From a virus, in IMG/VR virus record IMGVR_UViG_3300033182_001261, positions 13,327 to 77,326 of that record: 64,000 nucleotides of DNA; one strand, given 5' to 3'. The notes under the pieces are model-generated. The model saw nothing but the letters and a program-made list of their open reading frames with translations. It did no database searches and was not told where the DNA came from. Position 1 is the first letter of the stretch. Each line of letters begins with the position of its first letter. Position numbers and translations under genes: made by a program. Positions 54,547-64,000 of this stretch are shown piece by piece.

Positions 54547-54737
54547 TACTTATCCTTTGGTCTATTTTTTGACAATTCTTCACTAAATTTTTTACTTATC
54601 TCTTCCATTTTTTTTCTATTCTTTCTCAATTTATAATATTCTAGAATAAATCCTATAATTATTATACAAAATTGAGAAAGGAGTGTTGCTACAAATACTA
54701 TTAAAAATAATATTAGAGAATCTAAAGTAGAAAACAT
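54546..54737 (-). CDS. single-TM protein
   Basis: GGAAGGAG RBS; hydrophobic N-half. Confidence 0.55.
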   Translation of the reverse strand: MFSTLDSLILFLIVFVATLLSQFCIIIIGFILEYYKLRKNRKKMEEISKKFSEELSKNRPKDK

Positions 54738-54789
54738 ATTTTCTCCTTCCTAATAATGTTGTTGAAAATCAACAAACGTTTATACAAAA

Positions 54790-55230
54790 CTACAACTTGT
54801 TCAATACACTTTCTATTTCTTTTTCATACCTGTCAATTTCTTCTTGAGACTTTTGTTTAGCATATAGGTAAACTAGAATATCACTGATATTAACCTCTGA
54901 ACCGTCAATAGAAAATTCTTTCATCATTTTTTTAACTGTTTTCGTTTCTTTAAATACATTAGGTGAGAATTTTTCAGAAACATTTGTATCTAAATTTTCA
55001 GGAATCATATCTTTAATTTTTTCTGAAACAGATTCTGATAAACATTCCTTAGATTCTTTGATGTATTGCTTTATATCCACTGAATTAAAATCATTTTCGG
55101 ATATTATCTTTTCTTTATTTTCGGTAGCTACCAGAAAATACTCTAAATACTGATTATAGTGTGTAGTGCATATCCAAACACCTTCTCTTTTTCTCACGTT
55201 AGGGGCACCGCATATTTCACATTTAGACAT
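54790..55230 (-). CDS. zinc-finger hypothetical protein
   Basis: CEICG...C..HY. Confidence 0.55.
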   Translation of the reverse strand: MSKCEICGAPNVRKREGVWICTTHYNQYLEYFLVATENKEKIISENDFNSVDIKQYIKESKECLSESVSEKIKDMIPENLDTNVSEKFSPNVFKETKTVKKMMKEFSIDGSEVNISDILVYLYAKQKSQEEIDRYEKEIESVLNKL

Positions 55231-55269
55231 CAAAAAATCCTATTTTTAATTAGTTTACATCAATAATAT

Positions 55270-55713
55270 TTAGGTCACTTTTTTTAATTCATTTTCCAAC
55301 AAATTTAAATATTCTTTAAATTTTGTATAACTGGTTTCTATACATTCATTAATAATTTTTTTAGTGTAGGAATGTTTTCCATATTCTCTTCTCATCCTAT
55401 CTCTATCAGACTTTTTCCAAGTAGACATCTTAGTTCTAACAAACCTCACACAATCAACATATGTCTCATTAATCTTTTTTTGTTTTAAAGATTCCACTAA
55501 CCTCAACAGAAAATATGCAAAAAAGCTTTCCTCAAATTGTCTCATTTTCGTAATCTTATATTCCGTTGTTGTGGTTAATCCTATTTTTTCCATGTATTCA
55601 ACTTCCTTTAGAAGTTTAGATTCAATTTCTACACTCTGTTTCAAAGAGTTAAAAACAGCTTGAATTACTGGTATTTTTTCAACAGATTTGTCAACATCAA
55701 AATTTTCACTCAT
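55270..55713 (-). CDS. hypothetical protein
   Basis: In-operon ORF. Confidence 0.5.
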   Translation of the reverse strand: MSENFDVDKSVEKIPVIQAVFNSLKQSVEIESKLLKEVEYMEKIGLTTTTEYKITKMRQFEESFFAYFLLRLVESLKQKKINETYVDCVRFVRTKMSTWKKSDRDRMRREYGKHSYTKKIINECIETSYTKFKEYLNLLENELKKVT

Positions 55714-56092
55714 ATATTCCCTTATTCATCTCTTCCAATAAAAGATTTTTTAATGAATCTAATTTATTTTCCATTTTAGATATGCATTGCCTTTTTTTAG
55801 CAAGTAAAGATAACTTTGTATAAAACTCTTCGGAAATTTCTACCTCATAACAAGATTTCGATTTAACTCTAAATGTAATTCCTTTATTTGTTCCATTTAA
55901 AATCAAACATTTATTTAAATAATGAACCTCATAACTTTTAACATTCTTAGGAACTCCGTGTCCTCTTTTCAGTTCTATAACATTCACTTCAATGTTCAAA
56001 TTTTCTAAATCAGATTCTATATTTTTCAACAATTCTTTTTCGAAAGAATGAATCTCTTCTTTAAGATTTTTTAGTTTAGAGTTTAACACCAA
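55706..56092 (-). CDS. hypothetical protein
   Basis: In-operon ORF. Confidence 0.5.
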   Translation of the reverse strand: MVLNSKLKNLKEEIHSFEKELLKNIESDLENLNIEVNVIELKRGHGVPKNVKSYEVHYLNKCLILNGTNKGITFRVKSKSCYEVEISEEFYTKLSLLAKKRQCISKMENKLDSLKNLLLEEMNKGIYE

Positions 56093-56316
56093 AAATCCTT
56101 GGTTATAAATCTAACTGTAACTTTACAAGGATACTCTCTATCTGAATAGAAATCTTTTAAAAAAACTTTTCCATCCTCTATATAAATTTTATTGGATTTT
56201 ATTGGTTTGTTTTTTTCGTCAGAAACTGATATGGTATATTCATTTAATATTTTAAATGGAAGAGTAAAACTTCCATTATAATCGACTAAAACATTAAAAG
56301 ATATAAGAGGTTGCAT
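56083..56316 (-). CDS. hypothetical protein
   Basis: Follows a CATAAATA box. Confidence 0.5.
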   Translation of the reverse strand: MQPLISFNVLVDYNGSFTLPFKILNEYTISVSDEKNKPIKSNKIYIEDGKVFLKDFYSDREYPCKVTVRFITKDFWC

Positions 56317-56329
56317 ATGAAATATTTAT

Positions 56330-56356
56330 GTTGGTGAGGAATGCATCCCCACCAAC
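56330..56356 (-). terminator. hairpin after gene 32
   Basis: GTTGGTGGGGA-TGCAT-TCCTCACCAAC on -; weak U-tract. Confidence 0.6.
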
Positions 56357-56367
56357 ACACTCTATTT

Positions 56368-57264
56368 TCATTGTGATAACTGTTCGAATAGTGCTAACGC
56401 ATCATCAGGATCATCCACAACTTCACTTACAGTATCACTAACTGCTGTCACAGCAGCTGCAGCAACAAGTTCAGAAGTATCAACTTCGACAACTTGCTCA
56501 GTGTCCTGTGTAGGTCTAGTTTGAGTTTTACCCATAACCTTATCAAACCTCACTTTCAACTGTTCATAGGTTTTAAAGTTGGAAGGGTCAACCAAATCTT
56601 GTAATGGTGTTATCTTATTATATATTGCTTCTAGAAATTTATCATCATCATGCAAAGCAGATGTTTTATCAAAAGCAGAATCATCATAGTTTAGATAATC
56701 ACCTTTCATTTTCATTCGAATCTTAAAGTTGGCACCAGTCTCCCACATATCAAATGGATCAATCGGTTCTTCGTCATCAAACTTAGGGTTCAATGCTTCA
56801 CTAATCTTATTAAAGATGGTAGTCCCGAACTTGTATAAGAAAACCTTACCTTCATTATCTGGATTAGCAGGATCCTTGACAACATAGATATTGGCATAGT
56901 AAGCAGCATTTCTTTTCTGCTTTCTTGCTTGTATTTTTAATGCCTCATCACCTGAGTTCCATAATGTGCCATTGTATTCATATACTGGGTCAGGTTTGTT
57001 AAGTGTCGTTAATGATTTTTCAATATACCACCCTCCAGGACCTTGAAAATAATGACTAAACAACTTAACCCAAGGAAGGTCATCTGAACTCTTGGAAGGT
57101 AGAAATCTAATGATAGCAGAACCAACTCCAGCATTCTCATCAAAAACTGGTTTCCAAATGTTATCTTCGGCATTGGTAGTCTCACTACCTGTGATGTTCT
57201 GCAATTTCTTTTTCAAACTATCGAAATTGGTTTTTCTGGATTTTTTCAAATCAGCAAAATTCAT
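56368..57264 (-). CDS. 32: single-stranded DNA-binding protein gp32
   Basis: G.AIIRFLP, H.FQGPGGWYIE.SLTT, NIYVVKDPANP.NEGKVFLYKFG, acidic tail; promoter 57298-57326. Confidence 0.97.
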   Translation of the reverse strand: MNFADLKKSRKTNFDSLKKKLQNITGSETTNAEDNIWKPVFDENAGVGSAIIRFLPSKSSDDLPWVKLFSHYFQGPGGWYIEKSLTTLNKPDPVYEYNGTLWNSGDEALKIQARKQKRNAAYYANIYVVKDPANPDNEGKVFLYKFGTTIFNKISEALNPKFDDEEPIDPFDMWETGANFKIRMKMKGDYLNYDDSAFDKTSALHDDDKFLEAIYNKITPLQDLVDPSNFKTYEQLKVRFDKVMGKTQTRPTQDTEQVVEVDTSELVAAAAVTAVSDTVSEVVDDPDDALALFEQLSQ

Positions 57265-57328
57265 AAAATACTCCTAAATAAAATTTCGGTTATAAACAAT
57301 ATAACACACATTTTTTGGTTTGTCAATA

Positions 57329-57958
57329 CTAAACAAAAACTTTTTTTAATATTTCCTTGTATCTGTCTCTTGAAATACTCAGAAATGGTTTATACTTCTT
57401 TATCTTAAAATGTAACTCTTTCCATAGGAAATCGTCACCCATAACACTATCCCAATGATTAAAATATCCTAATGTTATATCAATAATGATTAACGTTTCA
57501 AGATTTATATCATTCTTGATGTAATGTTTCAGTATCAAAGGATGAGACTTGGACTTAACCCCATTTTTAATCACTGAACACTTAAACAGGTCATTGAAAG
57601 GGATATCTAAATCTCTTAGAAACAATAAATCTTGCTCAAAATGATATGGAAGTGATTGCATTCTCGTCTTCCATTTATCATAAATCTTTTCATTTTCACT
57701 AGTCAATAAGCATTCAAGTCTAACATCCTCTTTCTTTATAGAAGCAAACATACAGACTAAAAAGTTAGCAAACTCATCACCATACTTTTTCTCTAATCTG
57801 AATATGAAGTTTTTCCCTCTCTTACTATCAAGATTTCCAAACTTTCTCGTCTTACCTCTATACTTAAAAAAGTCATAGTTTGTTGTGAAATGCAATCTTA
57901 TTGAATAATATAACCTAAAATACTTTTCTAAATTTCGATACTTATTATCTTCTATCAT
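57329..57958 (-). CDS. 59: helicase loader gp59
   Basis: Y.SIRLHFT..YDFFKY.GK, I.LETL.I.D, KI.KYKPFL; gp33-59-32 synteny. Confidence 0.9.
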   Translation of the reverse strand: MIEDNKYRNLEKYFRLYYSIRLHFTTNYDFFKYRGKTRKFGNLDSKRGKNFIFRLEKKYGDEFANFLVCMFASIKKEDVRLECLLTSENEKIYDKWKTRMQSLPYHFEQDLLFLRDLDIPFNDLFKCSVIKNGVKSKSHPLILKHYIKNDINLETLIIIDITLGYFNHWDSVMGDDFLWKELHFKIKKYKPFLSISRDRYKEILKKVFV

Positions 57959-58188
57959 ATTGGCAATTTAGAACTTTTATCTAGAAAATTTAGACTCTTA
58001 GCTTCCATTTCTAACTTGCTTTTTAAATTTGGTGATATCAGTTTTGATACTCTATCAGGTTCTAAACCTGTATCTTCACAGTATTCTAAAATGGCCTCTA
58101 ACCATCCGATGTCATACTTATAAACCCTGTCTTCAATCTCTTGGAAGAAATCTTCCATATTTTCCTGTAGTGTTTTGTTTTGTCTCAT
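57955..58188 (-). CDS. 33: late transcription coactivator gp33
   Basis: F..EIE.....LEAI..YCE......VSKLIS..LK.KL..EA..LNFL; synteny. Confidence 0.88.
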   Translation of the reverse strand: MRQNKTLQENMEDFFQEIEDRVYKYDIGWLEAILEYCEDTGLEPDRVSKLISPNLKSKLEMEAKSLNFLDKSSKLPI

Positions 58189-58205
58189 TTTTCCCCATTA
58201 TTGAT

Positions 58206-59051
58206 TTACATGAAAGTTGCCAAAGAATTTGATTCTGGAGCAACATCATAATTAGATATAAGAAGTTCTGCCTTCTTGTTATTTTTTCTATGAACCATTG
58301 AATATTGTAAAAGGAATTCTCTTTGATAGAATTCCTTATATCTTTCAACTAACCACTCATTTACATTATAAGTTATCATAAATCTATGCTTACATTCCTC
58401 AACATCATTTGCGAATCTTATGTGACAAAAGTTTGAGTGCATTTTCCTATCTGTTCCATATAGAAAAGATTTGATATCATACGGAGGGTCAAGAAAAACG
58501 AAAACATCTTCACCATCTTTTTTTAATAGTTCAGAATAGTCAAGGTTTGTTATTTTCCAATTTTGTATTATTTTAGAGTAGGTTGGGAGTTTCTTTATTC
58601 CAACCTGAGAAAAATTTCCTCTTGATGCTTGAACTGAGAATGTAGAGTTTTCTGTAAGACCTGAGTAAGAACATTTATTCAGAATGAAAAAGGAAACTGC
58701 TTGGTCAACTCCCTCAGATTGAGATATTTTCACCTTATGTTCATCAAATAATTTTCTTGCACCTTTATCATCACCTTCAACACTCTTTTTAATTTCCAAG
58801 AGTTTATCTGAGAGTTCTTGTCCATTATCTCTTAGTTGAGTCCAGAAGTTATACAGATATACATATTTGTCATTTACCCAAACAGGCATATCTGGGAAGT
58901 TTTGGGATACTAACAAGGCAACCGAACCTCCACCAATGAAAGGTTCTCTATACTCTTTGAATGAAGAAGGGAACCAAGGGGCAAGAGTTTTCAATGCTTT
59001 CGACTTACCTCCAGGATATCTGAGACAAGTTTTATATGGATACTGTTTCAT
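58206..59051 (-). CDS. dam: Dam/D12-class N6-adenine DNA methyltransferase
   Basis: LRYPGGKS, YREPFIGGGSV, FLDPPY, ELLISNY; ends SLATFM. Confidence 0.9.
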   Translation of the reverse strand: MKQYPYKTCLRYPGGKSKALKTLAPWFPSSFKEYREPFIGGGSVALLVSQNFPDMPVWVNDKYVYLYNFWTQLRDNGQELSDKLLEIKKSVEGDDKGARKLFDEHKVKISQSEGVDQAVSFFILNKCSYSGLTENSTFSVQASRGNFSQVGIKKLPTYSKIIQNWKITNLDYSELLKKDGEDVFVFLDPPYDIKSFLYGTDRKMHSNFCHIRFANDVEECKHRFMITYNVNEWLVERYKEFYQREFLLQYSMVHRKNNKKAELLISNYDVAPESNSLATFM

Positions 59052-59060
59052 ATTACACCT

Positions 59061-59735
59061 TTAGGATTGATTATAATACTCTTTAACACGATTGTCAAGT
59101 TTTTTGATGTAATCCTTCACATTTTTTTCAAACACCTGTATTTGACCGTCCCTGACGCATACAAGTATTCTGATATTTTCTATCAGGGTTCCAGTTCTTT
59201 CGTAGAAGGCGTAAGAATAGAAAGTTGCTTGTAAGAAGTAATCTTCAATCCACTCTTCCTTTTTCGGTTTCTTTGCGTTCTTGAAATCAATGATTGCAGG
59301 AACACCATCGAACTCAGCAATACAATCTACCCTTCCAGCAATCTTCAAGTTGTCAGAATATAGAGCAGTTTCTAATGCCATCACATTATCAATTCTATCT
59401 AAAAGATTCTTAAAACTCTTGAACATCCACTTATCCATATTAGATAGATTCGCAATATCTTCTCTGGTCATTTCATTTTTGAGGTATTTTTCAGAGTTGT
59501 CGTGTAATGCGTTTCCAATGGTTGTAGCAACTTTTGATATTCTTGCTGCTTCTGCTTCACCGACTCTTTTCTTCCATGCTTCAATTGCAGGATTTCCCTT
59601 CGATGAAAGGATTGTTGTGATTGATGGATATGAGTTACCAGCTGGTGTTAAGTATTGTCTTTTCCCATTGGGGTTTGTTATGGATTCAAGATCAGAATAT
59701 CCTAAATCCACATTCTGGTGTTTAAATATCTTCAT
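59061..59735 (-). CDS. PD-(D/E)xK exonuclease (Cas4-like, T4-type)
   Basis: YPSITTIL, G...H, AGRVDCIA, IIDFK, YFLQ...Y. Confidence 0.88.
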   Translation of the reverse strand: MKIFKHQNVDLGYSDLESITNPNGKRQYLTPAGNSYPSITTILSSKGNPAIEAWKKRVGEAEAARISKVATTIGNALHDNSEKYLKNEMTREDIANLSNMDKWMFKSFKNLLDRIDNVMALETALYSDNLKIAGRVDCIAEFDGVPAIIDFKNAKKPKKEEWIEDYFLQATFYSYAFYERTGTLIENIRILVCVRDGQIQVFEKNVKDYIKKLDNRVKEYYNQS

Positions 59736-59749
59736 ACTTATATTATAAA

Positions 59750-59980
59750 CTATTTTTTTAAGAATGTCAATAGTTTATCATAAAATCTTAAAATATGTAA
59801 TGTAAAGTTCCAAGGCATCTTTCCTATGCGCCGTTTAATATAGTAATAAAGTCTAACAGAACCTGTCCAAGTTAATCCTATAATCAACCAACAAAGAAGT
59901 ACAAAAATGAAAAATAGAAACCTAATTGCTTCCGAAAAAGATTCCACGATACTCTGTATAACTTCTATAACTCTTCCCAT
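59750..59980 (-). CDS. small membrane protein
   Basis: Hydrophobic helix; in operon. Confidence 0.45.
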   Translation of the reverse strand: MGRVIEVIQSIVESFSEAIRFLFFIFVLLCWLIIGLTWTGSVRLYYYIKRRIGKMPWNFTLHILRFYDKLLTFLKK

Positions 59981-59981
59981 A

Positions 59982-60824
59982 TTAAAAAACTTTTAGATTA
60001 TCGAAAAATGAACTTTTCTTTTCCTTATCTTCTTCAAAATCATCAAAATCATCATATTCGTCAAAAGATTCAATATAATGGGAATTGTCTTCCCAGAACT
60101 CTATATATTCGTCTGGTAGATTATTTTTAGCTAAAATATATTCTCTTACTAGACCAGACCTAACAATATCATTTTGGTCAAACTCCATCATACAGAAAGA
60201 TTTCATTTTGTAAAGGATGTCCATAAATTCTGTGATTCCAGACTTTCTACCCAAATCCGATTGGTGAAAATCTCCACAAAAGATTAGTCTACAATTGTTA
60301 CCAGACCTTGTTATGATAGAATCTAGTTCATGAAATGTCATATTCTGACACTCATCAACAATCACAATAGCATTCTCAAAAGTCAAACCTCTAACAAAAG
60401 AGGTGGTAGCAAACTCTATTTTTCCAGATTCTTTCAGTTCATCATATGAAGATTTGTTAATAAACAATTCTGTACATATACTCGAATATGGCATCTCATA
60501 CACGTTAGTTTTTTCATCAATACTTCCTGGAAGAAATCCTATATCTCTTGTAGGAACAACTGAACGGATGATTATAATTCTTCTTGCCTTTGAGTTTTTA
60601 GAAAGAATCTCATTGAGAGACAAATACATTGCCATAAAAGTTTTACCTGTCCCAGCCATTCCGTGGAGACAGAAGTTTTTACCTTTATGATAATGTTCAA
60701 AAGTTATTTGTTGTTTCTCGGTTTTGGGTTGTACTTGAGATAATTTTAGTTCAGATGGCATTTTCTTTATCACTTGCGTTTTATTGTTATTTTTTTTATT
60801 TGTCTTTTCTGACTTTTTTGGCAT
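59982..60824 (-). CDS. phoH: PhoH-family ATPase (start MPKKS)
   Basis: GMAGTGKT, RDIGFLPG, FVRGLTF, VDECQN, GDFHQSD. Confidence 0.95.
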   Translation of the reverse strand: MPKKSEKTNKKNNNKTQVIKKMPSELKLSQVQPKTEKQQITFEHYHKGKNFCLHGMAGTGKTFMAMYLSLNEILSKNSKARRIIIIRSVVPTRDIGFLPGSIDEKTNVYEMPYSSICTELFINKSSYDELKESGKIEFATTSFVRGLTFENAIVIVDECQNMTFHELDSIITRSGNNCRLIFCGDFHQSDLGRKSGITEFMDILYKMKSFCMMEFDQNDIVRSGLVREYILAKNNLPDEYIEFWEDNSHYIESFDEYDDFDDFEEDKEKKSSFFDNLKVF

Positions 60825-60832
60825 GCTTTTTC

Positions 60833-61084
60833 CTATCTTATCTTTATATCCCCTCTGGGATGCTTCTTTTGCATTCGTGTTAAAAGTTCTTTCCAACCAG
60901 AGTCTGTCTTCTTAACTCCTAAATGAACAGCGTCACCAACATTTAAAGGTGAATTCCCAAAAGACATTTCCACTTCAGTTGATCCACATTCTGGACATTC
61001 ACTGGGGTCATTTCTTTTCGCAATAGTTCTAAACTGTTCAAATATATGTTCACATTTCGAGCATTTATAATCATAAGTTGGCAT
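60833..61084 (-). CDS. FmdB-family zinc-ribbon protein
   Basis: MPTYDYKC..C.H.FE...CPECGS. Confidence 0.85.
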   Translation of the reverse strand: MPTYDYKCSKCEHIFEQFRTIAKRNDPSECPECGSTEVEMSFGNSPLNVGDAVHLGVKKTDSGWKELLTRMQKKHPRGDIKIR

Positions 61085-61094
61085 AATAAAACCT

Positions 61095-61649
61095 TTACAA
61101 TCTCATAAAATTTTCTTTAAAATTATTACCAAGTTCACTACCATCAATATTTAGAAATTTGTATATGTCATTAGAATGAAAAAATTTAACATCTTTCGAA
61201 AACTCACTTATACTTTCTTTCAATCCAAACATTCTAATAACAAATCCAACATCATTGGTGTACGTTTCAGCAGATTTGAATCGAAAATTTTGAAGTCTTT
61301 TGATTCCTACAGTTCTTCCTAAAAAATTAATAACAACGTTTATAAAATATTTTATATTTTGATATTCACATTTTCTTATCATTCTATGCTCTTTTAATCT
61401 GTCAAGAGCTACTGGTTCATATATAAAATAACTAGGACATCTTCTTTTTTCTATTACTTTATATTTTTCATGGAAATCTTTTTCATGAAGATACTCAAGA
61501 CCTTTAGAACTCAAAACAATAAAGAAATCATATTTTGTTTTAAAGACTAACATATTCCAAAAGGAATTAGTTAAAAATCTATATAAAATAGATTTATATC
61601 CTTTTGTTCTAACCACATACAAGTCGTAAAAAGAGTTTTGATTTTGCAT
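61095..61649 (-). CDS. hypothetical protein
   Basis: 184 aa in-operon ORF. Confidence 0.5.
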   Translation of the reverse strand: MQNQNSFYDLYVVRTKGYKSILYRFLTNSFWNMLVFKTKYDFFIVLSSKGLEYLHEKDFHEKYKVIEKRRCPSYFIYEPVALDRLKEHRMIRKCEYQNIKYFINVVINFLGRTVGIKRLQNFRFKSAETYTNDVGFVIRMFGLKESISEFSKDVKFFHSNDIYKFLNIDGSELGNNFKENFMRL

Positions 61650-61687
61650 TCTAATATTATTTATTATATCTTATTATGGTTTGAAAG

Positions 61688-61945
61688 TCAACCTTTAGAG
61701 TTTTTGAGACATTCTGGACATATTATATTCTCATTTTTATATACCGAGTTTTCTAGACAATTTATTGCTCCGAATTCATCTAACTTATCTTGATGCCACT
61801 CCTCATAAAAAAGATGCCCTTTCGGACATTCAAAAACTATTCTTAAAATATAATCTCTAACTTTAAGAGAGTAGAAACTTTCATTTCTTTTACCCTTATC
61901 TTTGATTATTCTCTTACCAGTTTTTATACAGTAAATATTAGACAT
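61688..61945 (-). CDS. zinc-binding hypothetical protein
   Basis: CPKGH...CPEC. Confidence 0.5.
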   Translation of the reverse strand: MSNIYCIKTGKRIIKDKGKRNESFYSLKVRDYILRIVFECPKGHLFYEEWHQDKLDEFGAINCLENSVYKNENIICPECLKNSKG

Positions 61946-61950
61946 AGTTC

Positions 61951-64000
61951 TTAGTAGTTTTTTCTAAATGATTCGGCTATAGAATCCGGACTTCCTTGAT
62001 TAATCATATTTGAAGTATTTTTTCTGTTACTAACATTATTATTCACTACAGGTGCAACTATATTATTAACTGGATTTTGAGGAGATGATTGGGTAGGAGG
62101 TTTTAACATTTCTATATTGTTAGATTTCTGAAATAATGACTCAGATAAACTCTCTCTTGAAATTATTTCATTTGTTCTTGTTGCCAATGAAGGAGTTTCT
62201 GGATTCATCATATTAATTGATTTACTTTTAATGATATTATAATCTTCATCTGGATTTCCAGTTATTTTTGGAATATTCATAGGGGTTGAACTACCTTCTG
62301 GAATATATCCTATATGATGAGTCTTTTCGGTCACTTCTCCCATAAAAGAATTCAAGTTATTTGAAACAATACTACTACTTACCATATCTTGTTTAGAAAT
62401 AGGTTGTTCTGGAGTTGTTCCAACCAAAGACTGTTTAATTGTATTAGTTTGTGTTTCCTTCACTACAGCACTTCTAATTTTTTCATTTTCAGATTTTCTA
62501 CTCTCTATTTCTTTTTGTATAAGTTTCCTATTCTCTTCAGTGAGACTATCACCCTTTTGAACAAGAATTTCTTTGAGCATATCTGTTGATGATTCTTTGA
62601 GCATAGTTGCTTCTATGGAAATTTCTCCAGAAGAACTTTTTTGTAATAATCCTGAATCTATTGCTGACTGTAGTTTTCTTTCTCTCCCTTTTTCTCTCCT
62701 TTTTTCTCTAACTTTCAACTGTTGTTCCAACATATCTCGATCTTCTTTACTTAAATCACCCTTAAATACTGATAGAATAAATTTTATTTGTTCATCTGAA
62801 GCTTTATCAACCTTATTTAAATCCAGTGAATCTGAGGAAAACAAGGATTCTATTGATTCGTTGAAAGATTTGGTGGATGAATCTGCAGATTCTGGAGATG
62901 TAGACACAGATTCTGGAGATTTTTTTTCTTTGGTGAACCAACTTCCCACAAATGGAAGATTACTCAATGCGGAAAGAAGCATATCGTAAAGTTTTCCAGG
63001 AATGTCAAACATGAGGTTTACAAAATCTTCAAATAAACCTTTAAAGGAAAAAGAGTCTAAAAATTTAGAAGCATCTTCGAATCCCAATTTATTTAATACC
63101 CAAGAAATCCCATCTTTAATTAAATCCAAAAAACCTCCAAGTAAGGCATCGAAAACACCAACCAAAGCTCCTTTTATGGCACCAATAACTCCACCTTTTT
63201 TATAACCTTCTATTGCTCCAGAAATTGCACCAAATAACCCCGTAATTATTTTGATAGGAAGAGCAAGAAATCCTAAAATTCTTCCAGCCATAGTAAAGAA
63301 CTTAGTAATAAATTTAAATTTAGTAAATAGAATGGACATTGATGGTAAATTTTTTAATGCTTTGAACGATTTTCCAACCCAACTACCCGAAAAGAAATTA
63401 CCTAATGGAGTTAATATATTTCTAAAAAATTTTCTAACTTTACCTAATCTTTTTAGAATTTTTCTATAAGTTCCTTTCGGTATAACCATTTTTAGGAAAT
63501 TCATCAACCCTGTAAAAAAACCTCCAATTAGATATATTGGTGCTGCCATTAAAGCTAAAGCAGTTCCGATTGAGGAAAGAAAACCTTCAGATTTTTCTTT
63601 CGCCTTTTTTCCAAAAATTTGAGTTAAATTTTTGAATAGATTTTTTAAATTCATTTCTAAGGTAGATTTTAATCCACCGTCATCCTGCGTCTCAGCTTTT
63701 AATCTTTGACGACTTAGATCAGCACTATTATCAGGTTTTTGGACTATAGCTTTATTTAAATCTTCTGTTCCATCTTCAATATTTTCTTGGATATCTTTTA
63801 TCGATTTTAAGGTTGAGTCTATACTTCCTAAAACTTTTCCAAAAGTGGGATCAAAATCAATAATCTCCATATTTTCTGAAGATATAGGTCTGAATGAGAA
63901 ATCAGAAGGTGATGATTTAGAATCTTCAGAGACTTTTGATGCTTTTATAATCTCCATATTTTCTGAAGATATAGGTCTGAATGAGAAATCAGAAGGTGAT
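61951..64000 (-). CDS. gp29-like baseplate hub / tape-measure protein, 5'-truncated by the window edge
   Basis: Amphipathic Gly/Ala-rich helices; low-complexity tail NIVAPVVNNN; frame open to the edge. Confidence 0.65.
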   Translation of the reverse strand, partial: SPSDFSFRPISSENMEIIKASKVSEDSKSSPSDFSFRPISSENMEIIDFDPTFGKVLGSIDSTLKSIKDIQENIEDGTEDLNKAIVQKPDNSADLSRQRLKAETQDDGGLKSTLEMNLKNLFKNLTQIFGKKAKEKSEGFLSSIGTALALMAAPIYLIGGFFTGLMNFLKMVIPKGTYRKILKRLGKVRKFFRNILTPLGNFFSGSWVGKSFKALKNLPSMSILFTKFKFITKFFTMAGRILGFLALPIKIITGLFGAISGAIEGYKKGGVIGAIKGALVGVFDALLGGFLDLIKDGISWVLNKLGFEDASKFLDSFSFKGLFEDFVNLMFDIPGKLYDMLLSALSNLPFVGSWFTKEKKSPESVSTSPESADSSTKSFNESIESLFSSDSLDLNKVDKASDEQIKFILSVFKGDLSKEDRDMLEQQLKVREKRREKGRERKLQSAIDSGLLQKSSSGEISIEATMLKESSTDMLKEILVQKGDSLTEENRKLIQKEIESRKSENEKIRSAVVKETQTNTIKQSLVGTTPEQPISKQDMVSSSIVSNNLNSFMGEVTEKTHHIGYIPEGSSTPMNIPKITGNPDEDYNIIKSKSINMMNPETPSLATRTNEIISRESLSESLFQKSNNIEMLKPPTQSSPQNPVNNIVAPVVNNNVSNRKNTSNMINQGSPDSIAESFRKNY
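63860..64000. repeat. 87 bp-period coding tandem repeat, continues beyond the window
   Basis: ATAATCTCCATATTTTCTGAAGATATAGGTCTGAATGAGAAATCAGAAGGTGAT at 63860 and 63947. Confidence 0.9.

Noticed and set aside
386-63469. Many 60-155 aa antisense or nested ORFs in the track (e.g. 13207, 13832, 15989, 27324, 59281, 62573)
   Set aside because: Shadows of well-supported genes, with no motifs or translation signals

Overview
A 64 kb, AT-rich segment of a large T4-like myophage genome in the standard genetic code. Core T4-type genes are present: RNase H, gp30 ligase, gp32, gp59, gp33, a gp1-like dNMP kinase, PhoH, a Dam-family MTase, dUTPase, a RuvC-like resolvase and a partial gp29-like hub/tape measure gene. 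There are two tRNAs, about 26 sigma70-type early promoters and many T4-type late TATAAATA boxes. Genes run mostly on + up to about 22.7 kb and mostly on - after about 23.1 kb, converging on a repeat-rich, structured non-coding zone. Most notable items: (1) a TET/JBP dioxygenase plus GT-B glycosyltransferase pair, both ending in sliding-clamp-type motifs (DNA hypermodification). (2) Five unrelated proteins sharing an N-terminal Y-x-[VLI]-x-D-[FY]-[LI]-x-E leader resembling a capsid-targeting signal. (3) A duplicated four-gene module (HExxH protein, vWA, MoxR AAA+, WxPxS protein) with the CobT-like partner split at the same point in both copies. (4) Four TTGACA-N12-TRTGAT pseudo-promoters and a candidate ~300 nt structured RNA at the strand switch. 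(5) A stand-alone sigma region-4-like protein. (6) Candidate counter-defence enzymes (2H phosphoesterase, small alarmone hydrolase, MazG-like, Lar-like). (7) An array of Gly-rich small proteins. All family assignments come from motif recognition by eye; no searches were run.
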